Shown: piece by piece, positions 11,101 to 25,949 of the stretch
Layout of the letters: the number at the start of each line of letters is the position of its first letter
How positions within the stretch are numbered: the first letter of the stretch is position 1
NCBI RefSeq assembly: GCF_006345805.1
Contig: NC_043003.1
Location: 81,282,001 to 81,346,000 of the forward strand
Direction of reading: 5' to 3'
From: Octopus sinensis
Taxonomy: Eukaryota
DNA length: 64,000 bases
Position numbers and translations under genes: made by a program
The notes under the pieces: generated by a model
Seen by the model: the letters and a program-made list of their open reading frames with translations, nothing else
What the model was told of the DNA's origin: nothing
Database searches by the model: none

Positions 11101-14100
11101 CTTCTTTGTCAATATCAAATAGTTGACCCATTTTTCTCCATACGAAGTATCTTTAAATTTCTTAAACTGTGTCACAAACACAACAGAAAAACCGCCGTTT
11201 CATTTTAAATTGTTACGTGCATCTAATATCTATAGAAGACACAACTAAATAGATAGATAGATAAATAAATAAATACATAAAATACAAAAGTTGTTGAGGT
11301 TAATCATATACTATAGAAACTAATACATTGTATTTATTTCACTAATTATGTTGTAGCTAGAAAATGAAACTAAACTGTGGAATCGGAATCTAGTGGGACA
11401 TAAATACTGTTATGCATTTAATTGTACATTCCTATGTTACTCTGTACTGATGTTATGATCTTACAACACTGGTTAGACTCTGCTTCACTGATGAGGTCTA
11501 ACAAAATCGAAACATTTCTGGTGTTATTATATAACTTCTAAAAAGATCATATTTACTTTCTCCTGTCATACATATTTATTGATTTTAGATAATTGAAATA
11601 TCAAAGTTGCCTTTCAGTGCCATTTTTCAACAGAATCAACTATTTCAAAAAATAATAACACTTGTTATTAATTGTATAAAATTAATGAATTAAAATTCCT
11701 TGGGTTGCTTCAGCTAATGAACTCAATCTATTCATCTATTAAATAACTGTTATGTAACATGTATACGAACTATGTTACACGATGGTAACATTAAATGAAA
11801 TCTAAACCCCCACATCCAATGAACATTTTCTTTATGTTGTATTTATTTATAATTTCAACTGTGTGTATTTTGAATCCAATGCATTCACATGAACTCTTCT
11901 TTGTTATCTATGTTCAATACCAGTTAAATTAGCGTCATAATATTATTAAAGAAAGGCACTAGATATTAGCTAGAAATATTTATGCGGTAATTAAAAAATA
12001 CTGATTAGTATTAGTTTTCGTCAACGACGGGAGATAAGATTGGACATATATATTAACATTATCATGACCTCATTAGCAAAGAAGACTAATATATTTGTCA
12101 AAGTGATGATAACAGAAGCATAATCACTAAGTAAATGTACAAGATTGTACACCGTAAGATAAATATATGATTTGGCAGCCAAATATTTAGAAAGACGATT
12201 ATTTACAATGCTGATATCTTACCTACACAAAATATTAGGTTGTTTTAGTTTTTCAGCTATCACAACTAAGACCAGCTGTAGCACCGCGTTCATATATTTC
12301 TGATAATAAAGAATCACGTACACACTTTGAGAAAATAGTAATGCTTTTTATATTCTCAGTTAATATCAATGAATATGTTACACCTAGTTTGATATGAGGT
12401 TAATTTTGGCTTGATTTTTATTTCATGGGTCACGAACGGAGTTATGAATTAATTGCACATTTCATCGTTTTCATTCAACCGTGGATATAATATATTTTGA
12501 CCTTATATTAAACAAACTGTTCAACTGTTCAGAATTATCTGGAAGTAATTTCCTCATTTTCATACGATGCGAACGAAAAACTTAGCTATTTACTTCAAAT
12601 ATATCTTTCATGGCTCTTTTATTATATACTACAATCCTGCTAGAAAAAGAAAAGACATACACACACACACATACAGAGAGAGAGCGACACACACACACAC
12701 ACACATATACATATACATTTTATGCGTGCATATCTTTATGTGCTTGAATGTCTATGAATGAACATATATAAAAGGAAGTGCGGGAAATAAGGACAGAGAG
12801 AGAGAGTTATTTCACGAATACATACTTACACACACACACACATTATATGAGTAAATACGCAAGTACGCGTTTCGACATTGAAAGCAGACACAACTCTATT
12901 CACATATAGTATATCAATATTTTCAAAACAAAACAAAACAGATTATTAGTTGGACGGCCATTCGTCTTAAATTTATGGCATGAACAGCGATAACCTTCAA
13001 GATAGTGCTCCGGTATGGTCCTATTCATAAGCAATAAATTTAAACTAAAGAACTACATTCATTCACTGTTTGTTAAGCTACATTGTTGGCCAAGTCTTAT
13101 AAGCAGTGGAGAGAAGGTAACCGATATACTTAGCCTTCACCCACATGAACTCTCTACCGGTTTCTCATATTGCGTTACTCTATTCTTTTTCAATTCTGTT
13201 CCACGTTATGGGAAAGCTGGAAGAAGAAATCAAAGGCTGCATCATCTTAAGCGAACAATCGGCTTTATCAGATGAAAATTAATATTAGTGACCTTATATA
13301 TGTATATATATATTGATATTCGCTTTTATGTTAAGTTATAATAAAAACAATTTCACATTGATTGATCGCAAGGTTTACTTCATAGTTTTGTAGAGTACAT
13401 TATTTTTATTCTTTAACAAGTATTTGTTGATAATAAACCCGAAACTTCGGCCAGCTAACCCATCATCAGACAGTCCGATGATGTTTTAGCGGGTAAAATT
13501 TTCGAAGCCACTGTCAATGCTACTCTTGCTAAAAATAATGTGTGTGTGTGTGTACACTGTTGTGTCTGGGGAGAGTCATTCGCTTTTAGTGCTTTATAAT
13601 TTAACACACACATCGGTAAAATTTCCACTCATTTCCTTTATTTTTCTAAAATTTTCGTTGCGTCCTGCAACCTTTTCAATCGTTTCGACTCTGTCCGTTC
13701 TTCACACTGCGTTCATTTTGTTTCTTTGTGCGCATGTGTATGGGTCAGTGTGTGTGTGTGTGCATATACATGTATGTATGTACGTTAGTATGTATGCATG
13801 TGTGTTTGCATATGTATATATGTAAGTGTGTACATTTGACTGTATGTATTCTGCATATTTATGTGTTTGCATGCACGTGTTTGTGTGTTTTTATGTATGT
13901 ATGTGTATGTGAGTGTGTTTGCATGTGTGTGTACCTATGTCGCCTTGCGTGTGCATGCTGGGTGTGTGTATGGGCTTTTGCAACTGTGTACTGTGTTTAT
14001 ATGTATGGATGTCTATCTCCATGTGTGGACGTATGTCTCCATATGTGTTCTTGTGCATATATATATATGCAGGTATATATATATATCTGCATATGCCTGT

Positions 14101-14335
14101 GTATATATACACATACAGACGCGATTATACGTAAATCTGGTCGTGTATCAAAACAGATTATATATATATATAATATATATATATAAGTTCAGCAAAAATT
14201 TAGATTCAAATGAATATGGTACTTAATTTAGATGCACCAGAATTTTGTATGGTGTTATCCATAAAAATCCGTGGGGTGATTATAATCAAAATAACCAACA
14301 AGAATGACTCCGGAGTCATTCTTGTTGCTTATTTT

Positions 14336-14336
14336 G

Positions 14337-14373
<37 letters not shown>

Positions 14374-14390
14374 ATATAATATATATATAT

Positions 14391-14449
<59 letters not shown>

Positions 14450-14450
14450 T
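14336..14450. repeat. (TA)n/(GATA)n microsatellite
   Basis: Direct reading. Confidence 0.97.
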
Positions 14451-16686
14451 GTATGTATTCATTTAAAAAAAAATTTCAGTTGTTTATACAATTACATGCA
14501 CTGGCAGAAAACGTGAAAATTTCAGGGTTATTCTAAAACTTTTAAGATCTTTAGAAGTTTAAAGAGAATCATGTATTCATATAATCATAAACACACACAC
14601 ATATATATATATACACATATGAACACTCATGAGCATACACAAAAACACACAGACAGACACACACACATACAAACACACACACGTAGCCCAACCCACACAC
14701 ATATCGTTTGGGAAGTTACTTGTTCCGATTTTAAATGATGCCACTAAACCAGTGAGATCGCTAAAGAGTTGATAGCCATGTAAAACAAATGCATATCTTA
14801 ATATGAAATTTTCTTTTTCTTTTTCTTTTATGACAGATGTGTATACTATTAAGGACAAAAATAATTCCTCGTGTTTCTATATCATGGTCCCTAACACCAT
14901 TTTAATGTATGCGCAGATTTGGTACATATCATATCTGTGTTATGGTGCTTTTCAATGTCTGTATAAGAAAAGAAACTATTCAATTTGAAGTCTGGCATGT
15001 AGGCTGCGAATTTATATTTTAGTTCATCCTAATAATACTAGTGAGCTTCTGCGAGAGTAAAGTTCATTTCACATGTTTCTTGTGTTTAAATGATTAATTT
15101 CTTCTCATTCTGCTGCCTGGGTTATATATTTAGTATTATTTGGCGAAAACTAATAGAGACTTCTTAATCTGGATTTATGATACGTCTCATATTTATAGTA
15201 TCTGCTTTTGATAAATTCTTTTGTTAAACAGCACACGTATGTATTTATATATAACATACGTAGAAGCATATTCAAGAAAATATACACCCACATATATGCA
15301 CAAACAGATTCATATATACGTAAATCTGATCGTGTATTAGAATTTAGCTTTATAATGCCTGTCGACCTGCAGACAAGTTTAATAGATCTAGGTATACTTG
15401 GTAATGGTAGTAATATAAAGAAACATAACATTCAAAATATAATGCAAAAGAGGTCGGCTTCTGCACTTACCTTGAGGGCATATGGTAAAATATTTAACAC
15501 TAAACAAATCAGTTACTATTTTCGAAAATCAAAGCCAATATTATGAGATTTGAAAGCAAAAACCATTAGAAGTTAGAAACTACCTGAAAAAATTTCACTC
15601 CTGCACTCACCTGCAAACACACGCTCACACATCTAAGAAGGATGAATAAAAGAATAAATTCAGAGACCTACATATCAAAAAATGTACCCTACGTAGTAGT
15701 TTGCTTTCCAAAGCAGCCGACAAAATCTATCACAAAAGAATTACTATTTCTATCAAAATGACATGAAAATAGCATTAACCACTCCTATAAATAAAGGCTA
15801 ATGAAATTCAAAATTGAAAATATTTAAATAATATATGAAACAATAAAAAAGATAATGAAAGAATAACCGAATCGTCCACTCTCTCTTTTAAGCTATTCAC
15901 GGTTGATTGTCAACAAACGCCACACTAAAATATTATCAACGACCGACTCATCGATATATGTTAAAACATTTTGACGTTTCATTTTTTATAAATAGACAAA
16001 AACAGCCTATATGTGTGTTTTATGACTATACTTGTATTTAAGTAATACATACACACATACTCACAGAGATACCCCCATACGTGTGTCTGTTCAGTTGTAT
16101 GTACGTGTGCACACTCAATTTATATATATACGTATGTATAAATATCTATATCTAATCTATCTATATATTTATATATATTTATATGTATGTGTGATTTTTG
16201 TATGTATGTGTGTATGTGTGTGTGTGTGTGTGTATTATATGTGTATATAGAACAACATATGTTACTATAATGTTATGTGCGAATTCTGATACGACAAATG
16301 ACATTTTTTTTCCAATAGAAAGAAAAAAATCAATGATGAACTGTAACATAATACTTGGCTGAAGATAAAATATAAAGGCACTTTAGTAATTGATGTAATC
16401 GATCTAGCTTGTATTGATAAACGTTCTTACTGTGTAAAGATCTAAACATATGCCTCACATTGAACTTCATTTATGTCACTCAAGTCATTGCAAAAGCAAG
16501 AATACTAACCTTTAATCCCTCCAAAATATACAGTATTTTGTCAATATTGTTATGTTCAAGAAATACACTTGTAACAAGATATATAGATTACTTTTAACAA
16601 GTTAGAGCTACAAAGTTTCAGTTACACATCTGATTTAATACATACACACACTCACACACGTACACGCACACATAATACATACATAC

Positions 16687-16757
<71 letters not shown>

Positions 16758-16759
<2 letters not shown>

Positions 16760-16883
16760 TGTGTGGCACATTGGGCAAGTGCTTTCTACTACAGCCTCGT
16801 TTCGACCAAAACCTTCTGAGAGGCTTTGGTAGACGGAACTGAAAAGAAGCGAATCGTCTATGTGCGTGTGTGTGTGCCCACGC

Positions 16884-16920
<37 letters not shown>

Positions 16921-17156
16921 TATATATGTATATACATCTATGCTTCTGTGTGTCTGTGTCTGACCTACCAGCACCGCTTAACACCTATTGTTGATACGTC
17001 TGTCCCTCCGTAACTTAAAGGTTCAGGAAAAGGGTCCGATAGCATAAGAAGCAGCCGTTCAAAAATGAGTACTGAAATGTATTCCTCTGACTCAAAATTC
17101 AAGGCGGTGCCCCAGCATAGCCGCAGTTTAATGACTGAAATAAGTAATAGATAAAG
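16758..17156 (+). mobile_element. Family A SINE, 5'-truncated
   Basis: Core GGCACATTGGGCAAGTGCTTTCTACTACAGCCTCG, central microsatellite and 3' GGCGGTGCCCCAGCATAGCCGCAG. Confidence 0.88.
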
Positions 17157-20100
17157 CATAGTATATACATACACATATTTATATATATAGATAGATATAG
17201 ATATAAATATAGATAGATACATGTGTGCGTGTGTGAATGTGTATATACAAAGAGGCACATATACACGTCTATGTATGTATTGCGGGTATTTATTTTATCG
17301 ATTACATTCATAATCGATACTGATGTGGTTAGAGCTCGTCACATAGGGGAATTTAATGAGTTAATATAAGGTATATATATTTCGGTTTGTTACCGTCTTC
17401 AAAACCTCACCGGCCTTACTTTTGAAAACGATATAATCAACAAAATATATTTGTATTTGACCACACACACAACAAAAAAAAATCAATTATTACAAAATAG
17501 TTCGTCTGCCATACTTTACATCCTTTGAGACATTCTGTGTAAAGTCACAAGCGACGGGTGATATTGTATTGTTTTTAATGGCGGATATAGAATTGCTGTA
17601 ATTTATTCGCTAGTCATATACAATAAAATAAACTAGTAGGAAGCTTTTAAATCAATATTATCGATTACAAATTATCAATAACAGCTATAAAATTCGAACA
17701 TCTTTAAAGAGAGAATATACAAAGCCTACACAGAATTAGCTTTTATTTTTGTATTTCTTCAGAGACGTTACGGCAGATAAACTGACTTTTAGCAATTAAA
17801 TGTCTTTACTTTATCTGTATAAAGAAATATCCCGATTATTGCGGGTAATGCGTGCCGAAAACTCCCGCATTATATGAATACATGTAAAATCAACGATTGA
17901 TGTCTAGACTTTGAAAAAATACTAAAATTTTAATTTTCCTAAATACTTTACGAAAAAAAAAATCGATATAAATGAATTGGACAGAGTTTTATTGAGTTTA
18001 TTGCAACTGCATATACAAAACAAAGTAATTTTATTGGTTTTGTAGAATTTTTGTTTGTTATTCATTTATTTGTTTATTTTTACTCGGTCTATAGTAACTG
18101 AGTACATTTTCAATTTGTCTTCTGGCTTTATTCACTCACACTGTCTCTACCTTCGGATTTGCATCCATCGTTTTATGCTTTCCGTCTCCAAAGATTTCAG
18201 AATATTGAATTCTTTCACTGATAATTCGTTCGTTCCAATTTGAGCTTTATCTATTCTCTTCTGGCTATCATTTTCAAAACATGCACGTGTATGATCTAAA
18301 TTTAAAAGGTGTAAATCATAGATTATCTAACCATGCGAGTTATGCGATTCTCTGACAAAACTAGTTTTTTGTAGTCATGTTCAAGTGTAAAGTAAACTAA
18401 GGCATTGTTGCCGTGATTCTTGTAATTTCATACACGAATTCATCAATTTTGTTCCATAGAGTTCACATATTACCAGATGTTACTTCATGCAGTGCACCGT
18501 TAGTATTTTTTAATACATTTCTCACATTAAAGTTTTTCGAAATCTTCGTAAACTTAATTACAATTTTCTGCTGTTGTTTATTAAATAACCTAGACAGAAA
18601 TTTTGTGTAAATAATAGGACTTATTCCACTAAATTACTACCTGGCTCATTTGAATTACTGAAGTGCTCTTTAGTTTAATTATAGATTAAACACCAATTGT
18701 TATTGTTGTATTGATGTATTTTTAGTGCAACAGTGATGTATTGGCAGTAAAGATAAGACATTGCCATTTCGACATAAGTCACTAAATGCAGCGGATGAAT
18801 CGAAGCATTACTGAAAATTTTTTTAACATTTAGAATCTAAATTCATAGACTTAAAATTTCCTGCGCTATTAAGACACAGACAATTCAAATAAAGATTACG
18901 AAACCATTATTTATGTAGTTTATTCCGAATTAACAACAAAGGTATAACTTGTGAGGGCATTCCTATATTTATGTAGTTTATTCCTTATAAATTCCAAAGG
19001 GACATGTAGTATTATCTGATCGCGAAATCAACATCGATTTTAATTTTAAACCTGTTGCAGCATTTCCATCTAAAACAGTGTTAGATGGTGGTTTGTTATC
19101 TATTCGTTATTCGCCAGGTTGTTTTATTAGTTATTCGTTTCGAAAAGCAGTTCCTTTCCCTCAACGTAAAATTTGTTCACTAACATCACAACCATCTTCA
19201 ATAAATTATATTATCAGCATCGCATCTGAAAATTTTCTCTATAACTCAAAAATATTGCAGAATGTTTTTTAAAAGTCAAACAGTACCCAAAAAATGCTTT
19301 GTTAATTTTCTCCTTTAATTTCGTTTTCTTTGAACTTTTGTAAACAGATAGAGAAATTTTGTTTTGTTTATCACTTGACTTAAAGAATGTGTTTTTATTG
19401 TAATCGTCGATGCAAAATGACAAAACGTTTGATTTCAATCATTTCGGTTCTTTTGTTTCTTGATGTTTAGAAATAATTCAATTATGAAAGATTAATTTAT
19501 CCCTGTTCTTTATAAAGCTTTACATTCTGTATAATAACGAGCAGCACTGATTCACTTATGATGTGGTCTTGACCTATTTTAAAATTAGTACTTCCTCTTG
19601 CTTTCTCTTTATTACAATTTTTTTCTGATTTTAGAATTTTCCTCATCTTCATGACACTTCACATATCACAAACGTTACTTACTCCATATTATTACATAAT
19701 GTTAAACTGATAGAGTAAAAATGTAATAAACTGCCAATTGACACTGCCTCGAATACCATGCTACCTAGATCAACGTTGTTTATAGATAATAAAAGCAAAA
19801 CCACGATATAAACACATTATGCCGATGGAAAAATATTTCACAGAATTCACATGAATCGGAATATTTGCATTCACTAGAGTAAAAAAGGAAACAGCTGAGA
19901 ATAAATATAAACCACAATAGTTACATTTTTTATTCATACCATACACCATAGTAAATCGAATATGCAGCATTCATGCTTCTATGACTAAATACCAACTGTA
20001 TTAAAGTTGGTGACTGCAGTACTCGAAACCATAATCGTTTGACTATTCATGATTTGGTCAATAGTTTTCCTAACCTGATTGCTGATAGCCTAAACTTTCA

Positions 20101-20172
20101 GGATTTCATTCTTAAGTTAACGAGATTTCTACTGGATAGTAATATTCATTCCTGTCGGAGATGTTTATTAAT

Positions 20173-20324
20173 TATCAGGTAACTACATGTATCAAGTCTT
20201 GTCATACTTGGATAGATAAATGTCAGTTTATGTTTAGGTCGATATTATGTATCAGGTAGTTACATGTTTCAAGGCCTGTCATACGCGGACAGCGTAACTG
20301 TTAGTTTATGTTAAGCTCAATATT
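20173..20324. repeat. Diverged tandem duplication, 77-bp period
   Basis: TATCAGGTA..TACATGT.TCAAG...TGTCATAC...AGTTTATGTT starts at both 20173 and 20250. Confidence 0.85.
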
Positions 20325-21106
20325 TGCTTAATTAAATCTTTTTATTGTAATGTCCTTCTGAGATTATTTCCGTCTGAAGTAGCTTCTGGATATTGCATGC
20401 CTTGTCACTGCTGATGAACAACACGTCTCTCTATTCTTCTATCATTGCTATCACTACTGTTGCTTCCTAGAAATTCTCTGGCCCATTTCCAACTCCAATT
20501 AAACAATCTACTTTCCACTGACAGTAAATAGCCCACCGCCAAGTAATTTTCCCATATGAATCTTTCTTGTACAATCCTCGATAAATTCGACAATTACTAC
20601 TAATATACGCATTCACACATACGCACACACACACACACACATACAAATACATATATATAGTCACATATGTATGCATGTATATATATGTGTGTATATGCAT
20701 GTGTAAGTGTGCGCGCGTGCATGTGTAGTAGGGAAGTATGTACGTTTATTGTCAAGTTTTGTTTAATATTTTCCAATGGCTATATATTGAGCGTAGATCC
20801 AAAATATTTATAACACACCTCTTCAGAATCCATTGATTACAGATTTATCTAAAAATGCATTTCGATCTAAATTTCGTCTTGCACAGTCTTTGTGTATCTG
20901 ATTCTTCATCCGTGATAAGTGATTCTTTGATTCACATGTCTTCATTCGCGATTTAAAATTTCCTAATAGTAAATTTCTAAAAAAAATGATTGATAAGTTC
21001 AGTTGTATATTGGTGACTACAGTTAACGAACATATGCATATCATGTAGATTGGATACAAGCTTATAGAAATTAGAGGGTGCAATAAAGGCCATTTTACTT
21101 CAACTA

Positions 21107-22600
21107 CGTAGGTGGGCTGAAGACTTCATAGGGTGATTATGAAGGAGTAAATCTTGCACGCGTTAATTTTAGTCTTTCTTATTAATAGCCGCATTGTATC
21201 TTTCCAGGTATTCTGATACCTAACTTTCAAAGTAACGGGAGCAACATCAGCTAGGACGTCATAATCACTGATTCCTAGTCAACTGCTTTTTAATGTTGAG
21301 GAACAGAGAGTCAGATGCAGCCAAATCAAGAAAATGAGGAGAGTGGTCAATCAATTCAAAGCCAGAATCAAGCACAGCAGGCGCTGAAACCACGGACTTG
21401 TATGCTGGAGCACTGCTCCGATGAAACAAGACCACTTTCTTCAGTTTTCGTGGAAGTTTGGTCGTGATAGCCTTTCGTAACTGCATCAGCAATTTGGCAT
21501 ATTACTATCCACTGATGGAGGGATCCTTTCGAAGATAGTCAATAAACACAATGTCTTTTTTCATTCCGAAATTCTGAGGCCATTACCTTCCCTGCAGATG
21601 AAACGACTCTGGCTTTCTTTGGAGCGGATGAGGAGGGATGTTTCCACTTCATTGATTGTTTCTTTGTTTCTGAATCAAAGTGATGAATCCAGCACTCGTC
21701 CCTCGTTAGGAAACGTTGATGGAAACCAGCTAGGATCTGCCTCAAACGATGTCGGATTTTCTCGTTATGTGACCAGGTTGGTTCGCTTTTGATCAGATGT
21801 CTGCAGCAACCCTTGTTACGCCGAGCACATTGAGCAGAATGCTCTCAATTCTCTCACATAATATGCTGTTATCATGGTTATTCAATTCATTGTAATCACC
21901 TGTCATTTATCATCATGTGGTGAACACAATCAAAACCTTCCTCGGTAATTTCAGTTGCAGGACGTCCAGATCTTGGATCATCTTCAAGACTCACCCTTCC
22001 ACTCCTAAATTCAGATGTTCATTTTTGCACTGTTGACAGAGATGGAGCGTCATCCCCTAATGTAGTAACCTATTTATTTACGACCCACAATGGGCTAACA
22101 CAGAGAGGACAAACAAGGACAGACAAACGGATTAATTCGATTACATCGACCCCAGTGCATAACTGGTACTTAATTTGTCGACCCCGAAAGGATGAAAGGC
22201 AAAGTCGACCTCGGTGGAATTTGAACTCGGGACCTAACGGCAGGCGAAATACGGCTACGCATTTCGCCCGGCATACTAATGTTTCTGCCAGTTTGCCGCC
22301 TTAATGTAGTAACCATGCCAGTGTGACATGTTCTTGAGGTCTAAACTCTTTTTTCTGCAGGTACTTGACAACACCACCATGCTAAATTTTGTTTATTTTA
22401 AAAAGTCACTACTAGTTACATTTGAATTCTTCTGAGAACAATCAGATGTCAGTTTAATAATGCAGTTATTTATATGGTAATTTGAAATTAATGCATGCAA
22501 AATTTCAAAATATCAAATTTCAAAATTAATGCATGCAAAATTTCAAAACTATAGCATTATTCGTTCATATTCAGCCTCTGAACCTTTCAGACCAACCTCA
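21107..22600 (-). mobile_element. Fossil full-length mariner (DD34D) transposon, transposase pseudogene
   Basis: Minus-strand fragments read FLTRDECWIHHFDSETKKQSMKWKHPSS..KVMAS and VVLFH..AP..GFELIDH..DLAASD. Degenerate TIRs (19/29 identical including the flanking TA) sit inside TA at 21105-21106 and 22601-22602. Length is ~1250 bp once the nested SINE is removed. Confidence 0.9.
22071..22301 (-). mobile_element. Family B SINE nested in the mariner, 13-bp TSD
   Basis: TSD TAATGTAGTAACC at 22058-22070 and 22302-22314. Reverse complement matches 6514-6747. Confidence 0.95.
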
Positions 22601-23430
22601 TACCTATTCCTCCTATGATTTGTAAACCATATTCAGTAAAATGCTGAGTGATACCCTTTGGAATAACTTTCTGATGATTTAATAGCTAAAGCTTTAATTC
22701 GGAGTGAGTGCAAACAGTATTTTCGAACAAATTTGATAATATTGTCTTGGATATATAAACATATAGGTTGGTCAGGTCTACGCTGGCCTAGTGGGCAACA
22801 ATAACAAGGTCAGTTGTGAAACAAACATAGATTACTCTAAAATGGAAGTTTCAGCATAGACCAGTAGAGTACCCCTTGACTTATGATGCTGAAATGCTCC
22901 TCGAAACATAATGAAAATCATGTTTGTCACACATTACTAATTTCGTCTCTAAAACTACAGATGCAAATAAATTTGTTCCGTATAATATCCTGGAATTCTT
23001 TGTTTGCATATACATGTACAGTTATGGATATTCTGAAAAATATTGGTCCATTTCTATTGATACATACCTCTGTATACATATATTCATATATATATCATTA
23101 TGAAAATTATGTATCTACGCGTTGTTTTCTGAGTGTAACTGTTTTAGCAAACATACAAGCATGTGTAAATTTATGGGTTCCATTTACATAAATAAATTCA
23201 AAAAAGAAAATGAAATGTAAGTGTAATGTATTATGCTTTCATTTCCTAGTGTGAGATGTAACAGCGATTTGGTTTCCGTTCACAAACGAAACGCTATGGC
23301 ACCACTTAGATGGTTAATGCATTTTTGAAAATGCATTATAAGTCCTTATTTCCTCTTTTATTACATATCTCAAACTTCTAGGTTCTCTCTAAGATGATTT
23401 AAACTTAGTTACTCTTCTCCATCTTGTTCC

Positions 23431-23519
<89 letters not shown>

Positions 23520-23959
23520 TATATACGTTTGTATGAATGTATGTATATGTTGTTCCTATGCGCATGGATACATATACAAATATAGATAAAGAGATAGATG
23601 TGAAGAAGTATATATACGTATATGTGTGTGTAAGAATGCATACACAGATACACAGATACACATGTGTGGTGTGTGCATGTATATATATAAGCATACTTGC
23701 ATACATAAGATACACAGGAACTGGGAAGCAAAGATTCGGAAAACAAAATGTTAAATTGCTACATTATATACATATATTATACATTCATCATTCATCACTA
23801 TAACATGTTTTATAAAGAATTTTAAAGTAAATATCAAACATTTAGCAAGAATTTGGAAAGTAGACAATGCCAAAATACATAGTGTCAGAAACTGAATTAG
23901 TCTTTTACTGTTTGTCGAGCAACCATGCAACACTAAATATTTGAGAATTTGCGTCATAC

Positions 23960-24200
23960 ACTCCTTGAAATAATGGTTTCAAATTTTGGCAGAAGGCCGG
24001 CAATTTTGGAGAAGAGGTAACTCATTTATATGGCCCTCAGTGCTAAACCGGTACTTATTTTATCGATCTCGGAAGGTTGAAAAGCTAAGTCGAGACCTAG
24101 GAGAAGCTGGAACTCCTAGGAACGTAAGCTGGACAAAATGCCGCTGGAATGTAAGCTGGACAGAATGCTGCTAAACATTCTGCACGGTATGCTAATGGTT
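23960..24200 (-). mobile_element. Old family-B-related SINE remnant
   Basis: Degenerate match to family B (CCGGTACTTATTTTATCGATCTC..GGAAGG..GAAAAG). Confidence 0.6.
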
Positions 24201-24374
24201 AATTAGAGGAAAATATATCCGATAGTAAGTTTATATACAGATTGCAGACTAATTTTTTTCGGAGATAGCACACCAGTCCATCTGCAAAGCTGCGGCAACC
24301 AAATTCAGCAAGGAATGAGACTGCATGCATCATCGATTAGCTGGCGATGTATATTGAGTCTCTCCTATGTGATC

Positions 24375-24385
24375 TGTCTATCTAT

Positions 24386-24466
<81 letters not shown>

Positions 24467-24482
24467 TATATAATATATATAT

Positions 24483-24537
<55 letters not shown>

Positions 24538-24541
24538 TAAT

Positions 24542-24615
<74 letters not shown>

Positions 24616-24710
24616 TATATATTATATATATATATATATATCTTTCTCTCTCTCTCTCTCTCTCTCAATTTATATATATATAATATATATATATATATAA
24701 TTAGTGAATG
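24375..24710. repeat. Long interrupted (TA)n/(CT)n microsatellite
   Basis: Direct reading. Confidence 0.97.
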
Positions 24711-25551
24711 TATTGTGCCGTTTAGTAGTACATGCCGTTTTGTCCCTTTGTGAAGTATTCTACCATTTTTCATATCATATTCACAACATGTATAAATACA
24801 TATTGATGCCCATACACATGCAGGCACACACAAATATAAACTTACATATGCGTATATATGTGCGTGTGTGTGGTCTGTGTTTACGTGTGTGTGTGTGTGT
24901 GTGGTGTGTGTGTGTGTGTGTGTGCATTTTAGCCACTTAGGAGAACAAACGTTGAATTTCAATCAGTGGTATGAATCACCTGCTAGTAAGAAATATTGAA
25001 TAAACCAAGATTTTGATACGAACAAGTAACATAAGCAAAAAACGCAGACAAATAATGCTTTTGTCATTCTTGTTTTAATTTAGATTTTATTTTTGTTTGT
25101 CTTGTTTTCAGCAGCGTTTTTTTTTTTTTAATATACCAATATTTAATATAGAAATGATACTTCAAGAACAACTTTTAAAGAGATGAATACACACATTACT
25201 AGCAGTCTATTTTATGAAGTTTTGTAACGGAATAAACAATATTAGCAACTTCGGTAAATAAAATTAGAGACAAAGCACTACATATCAAAATATATTCACA
25301 CTGACTAATCGACCAAACAATTAAAATATAAACCTACACAATGTAAAACACATACACCACTAAAATACACATACACACACACACATAGACATATGTAAAT
25401 ATAGGTATATAGATATACACACACGAATGTCCATCTATTTTTCTATAAAGAGATCACCTCCCATTATATCACATTCTCCCCTTTATGCATACATATATAC
25501 ATATATACAAACATACATACATATATATGCATACATATATGTATATAATAT

Positions 25552-25608
<57 letters not shown>

Positions 25609-25857
25609 CATACATACATACATACACGATAATACTATGATAAATGCAATTAATATGAAAAAACAGTTATATATATATGCATATACGTACATATAAAAAT
25701 ATATAAAATATATACATGCATACATATACCCTATACATACAAGCATATACGCATATATATACTCACAAATATATATATATATATAGGTACATATATACAA
25801 ACGCACTTATATGCATATAGATATATACATATATATATATAGATACAGACAGACAGG

Positions 25858-25948
<91 letters not shown>
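25858..25948. repeat. (GATA)n microsatellite
   Basis: Direct reading. Confidence 0.97.

Positions 25949-25949
<1 letters not shown>

Noticed and set aside
13438-13510. CATCATC/GATGATG inverted repeat with CTGATGA on the minus strand
   Set aside because: No GAAA in the correct position. The stems are short and expected by chance.
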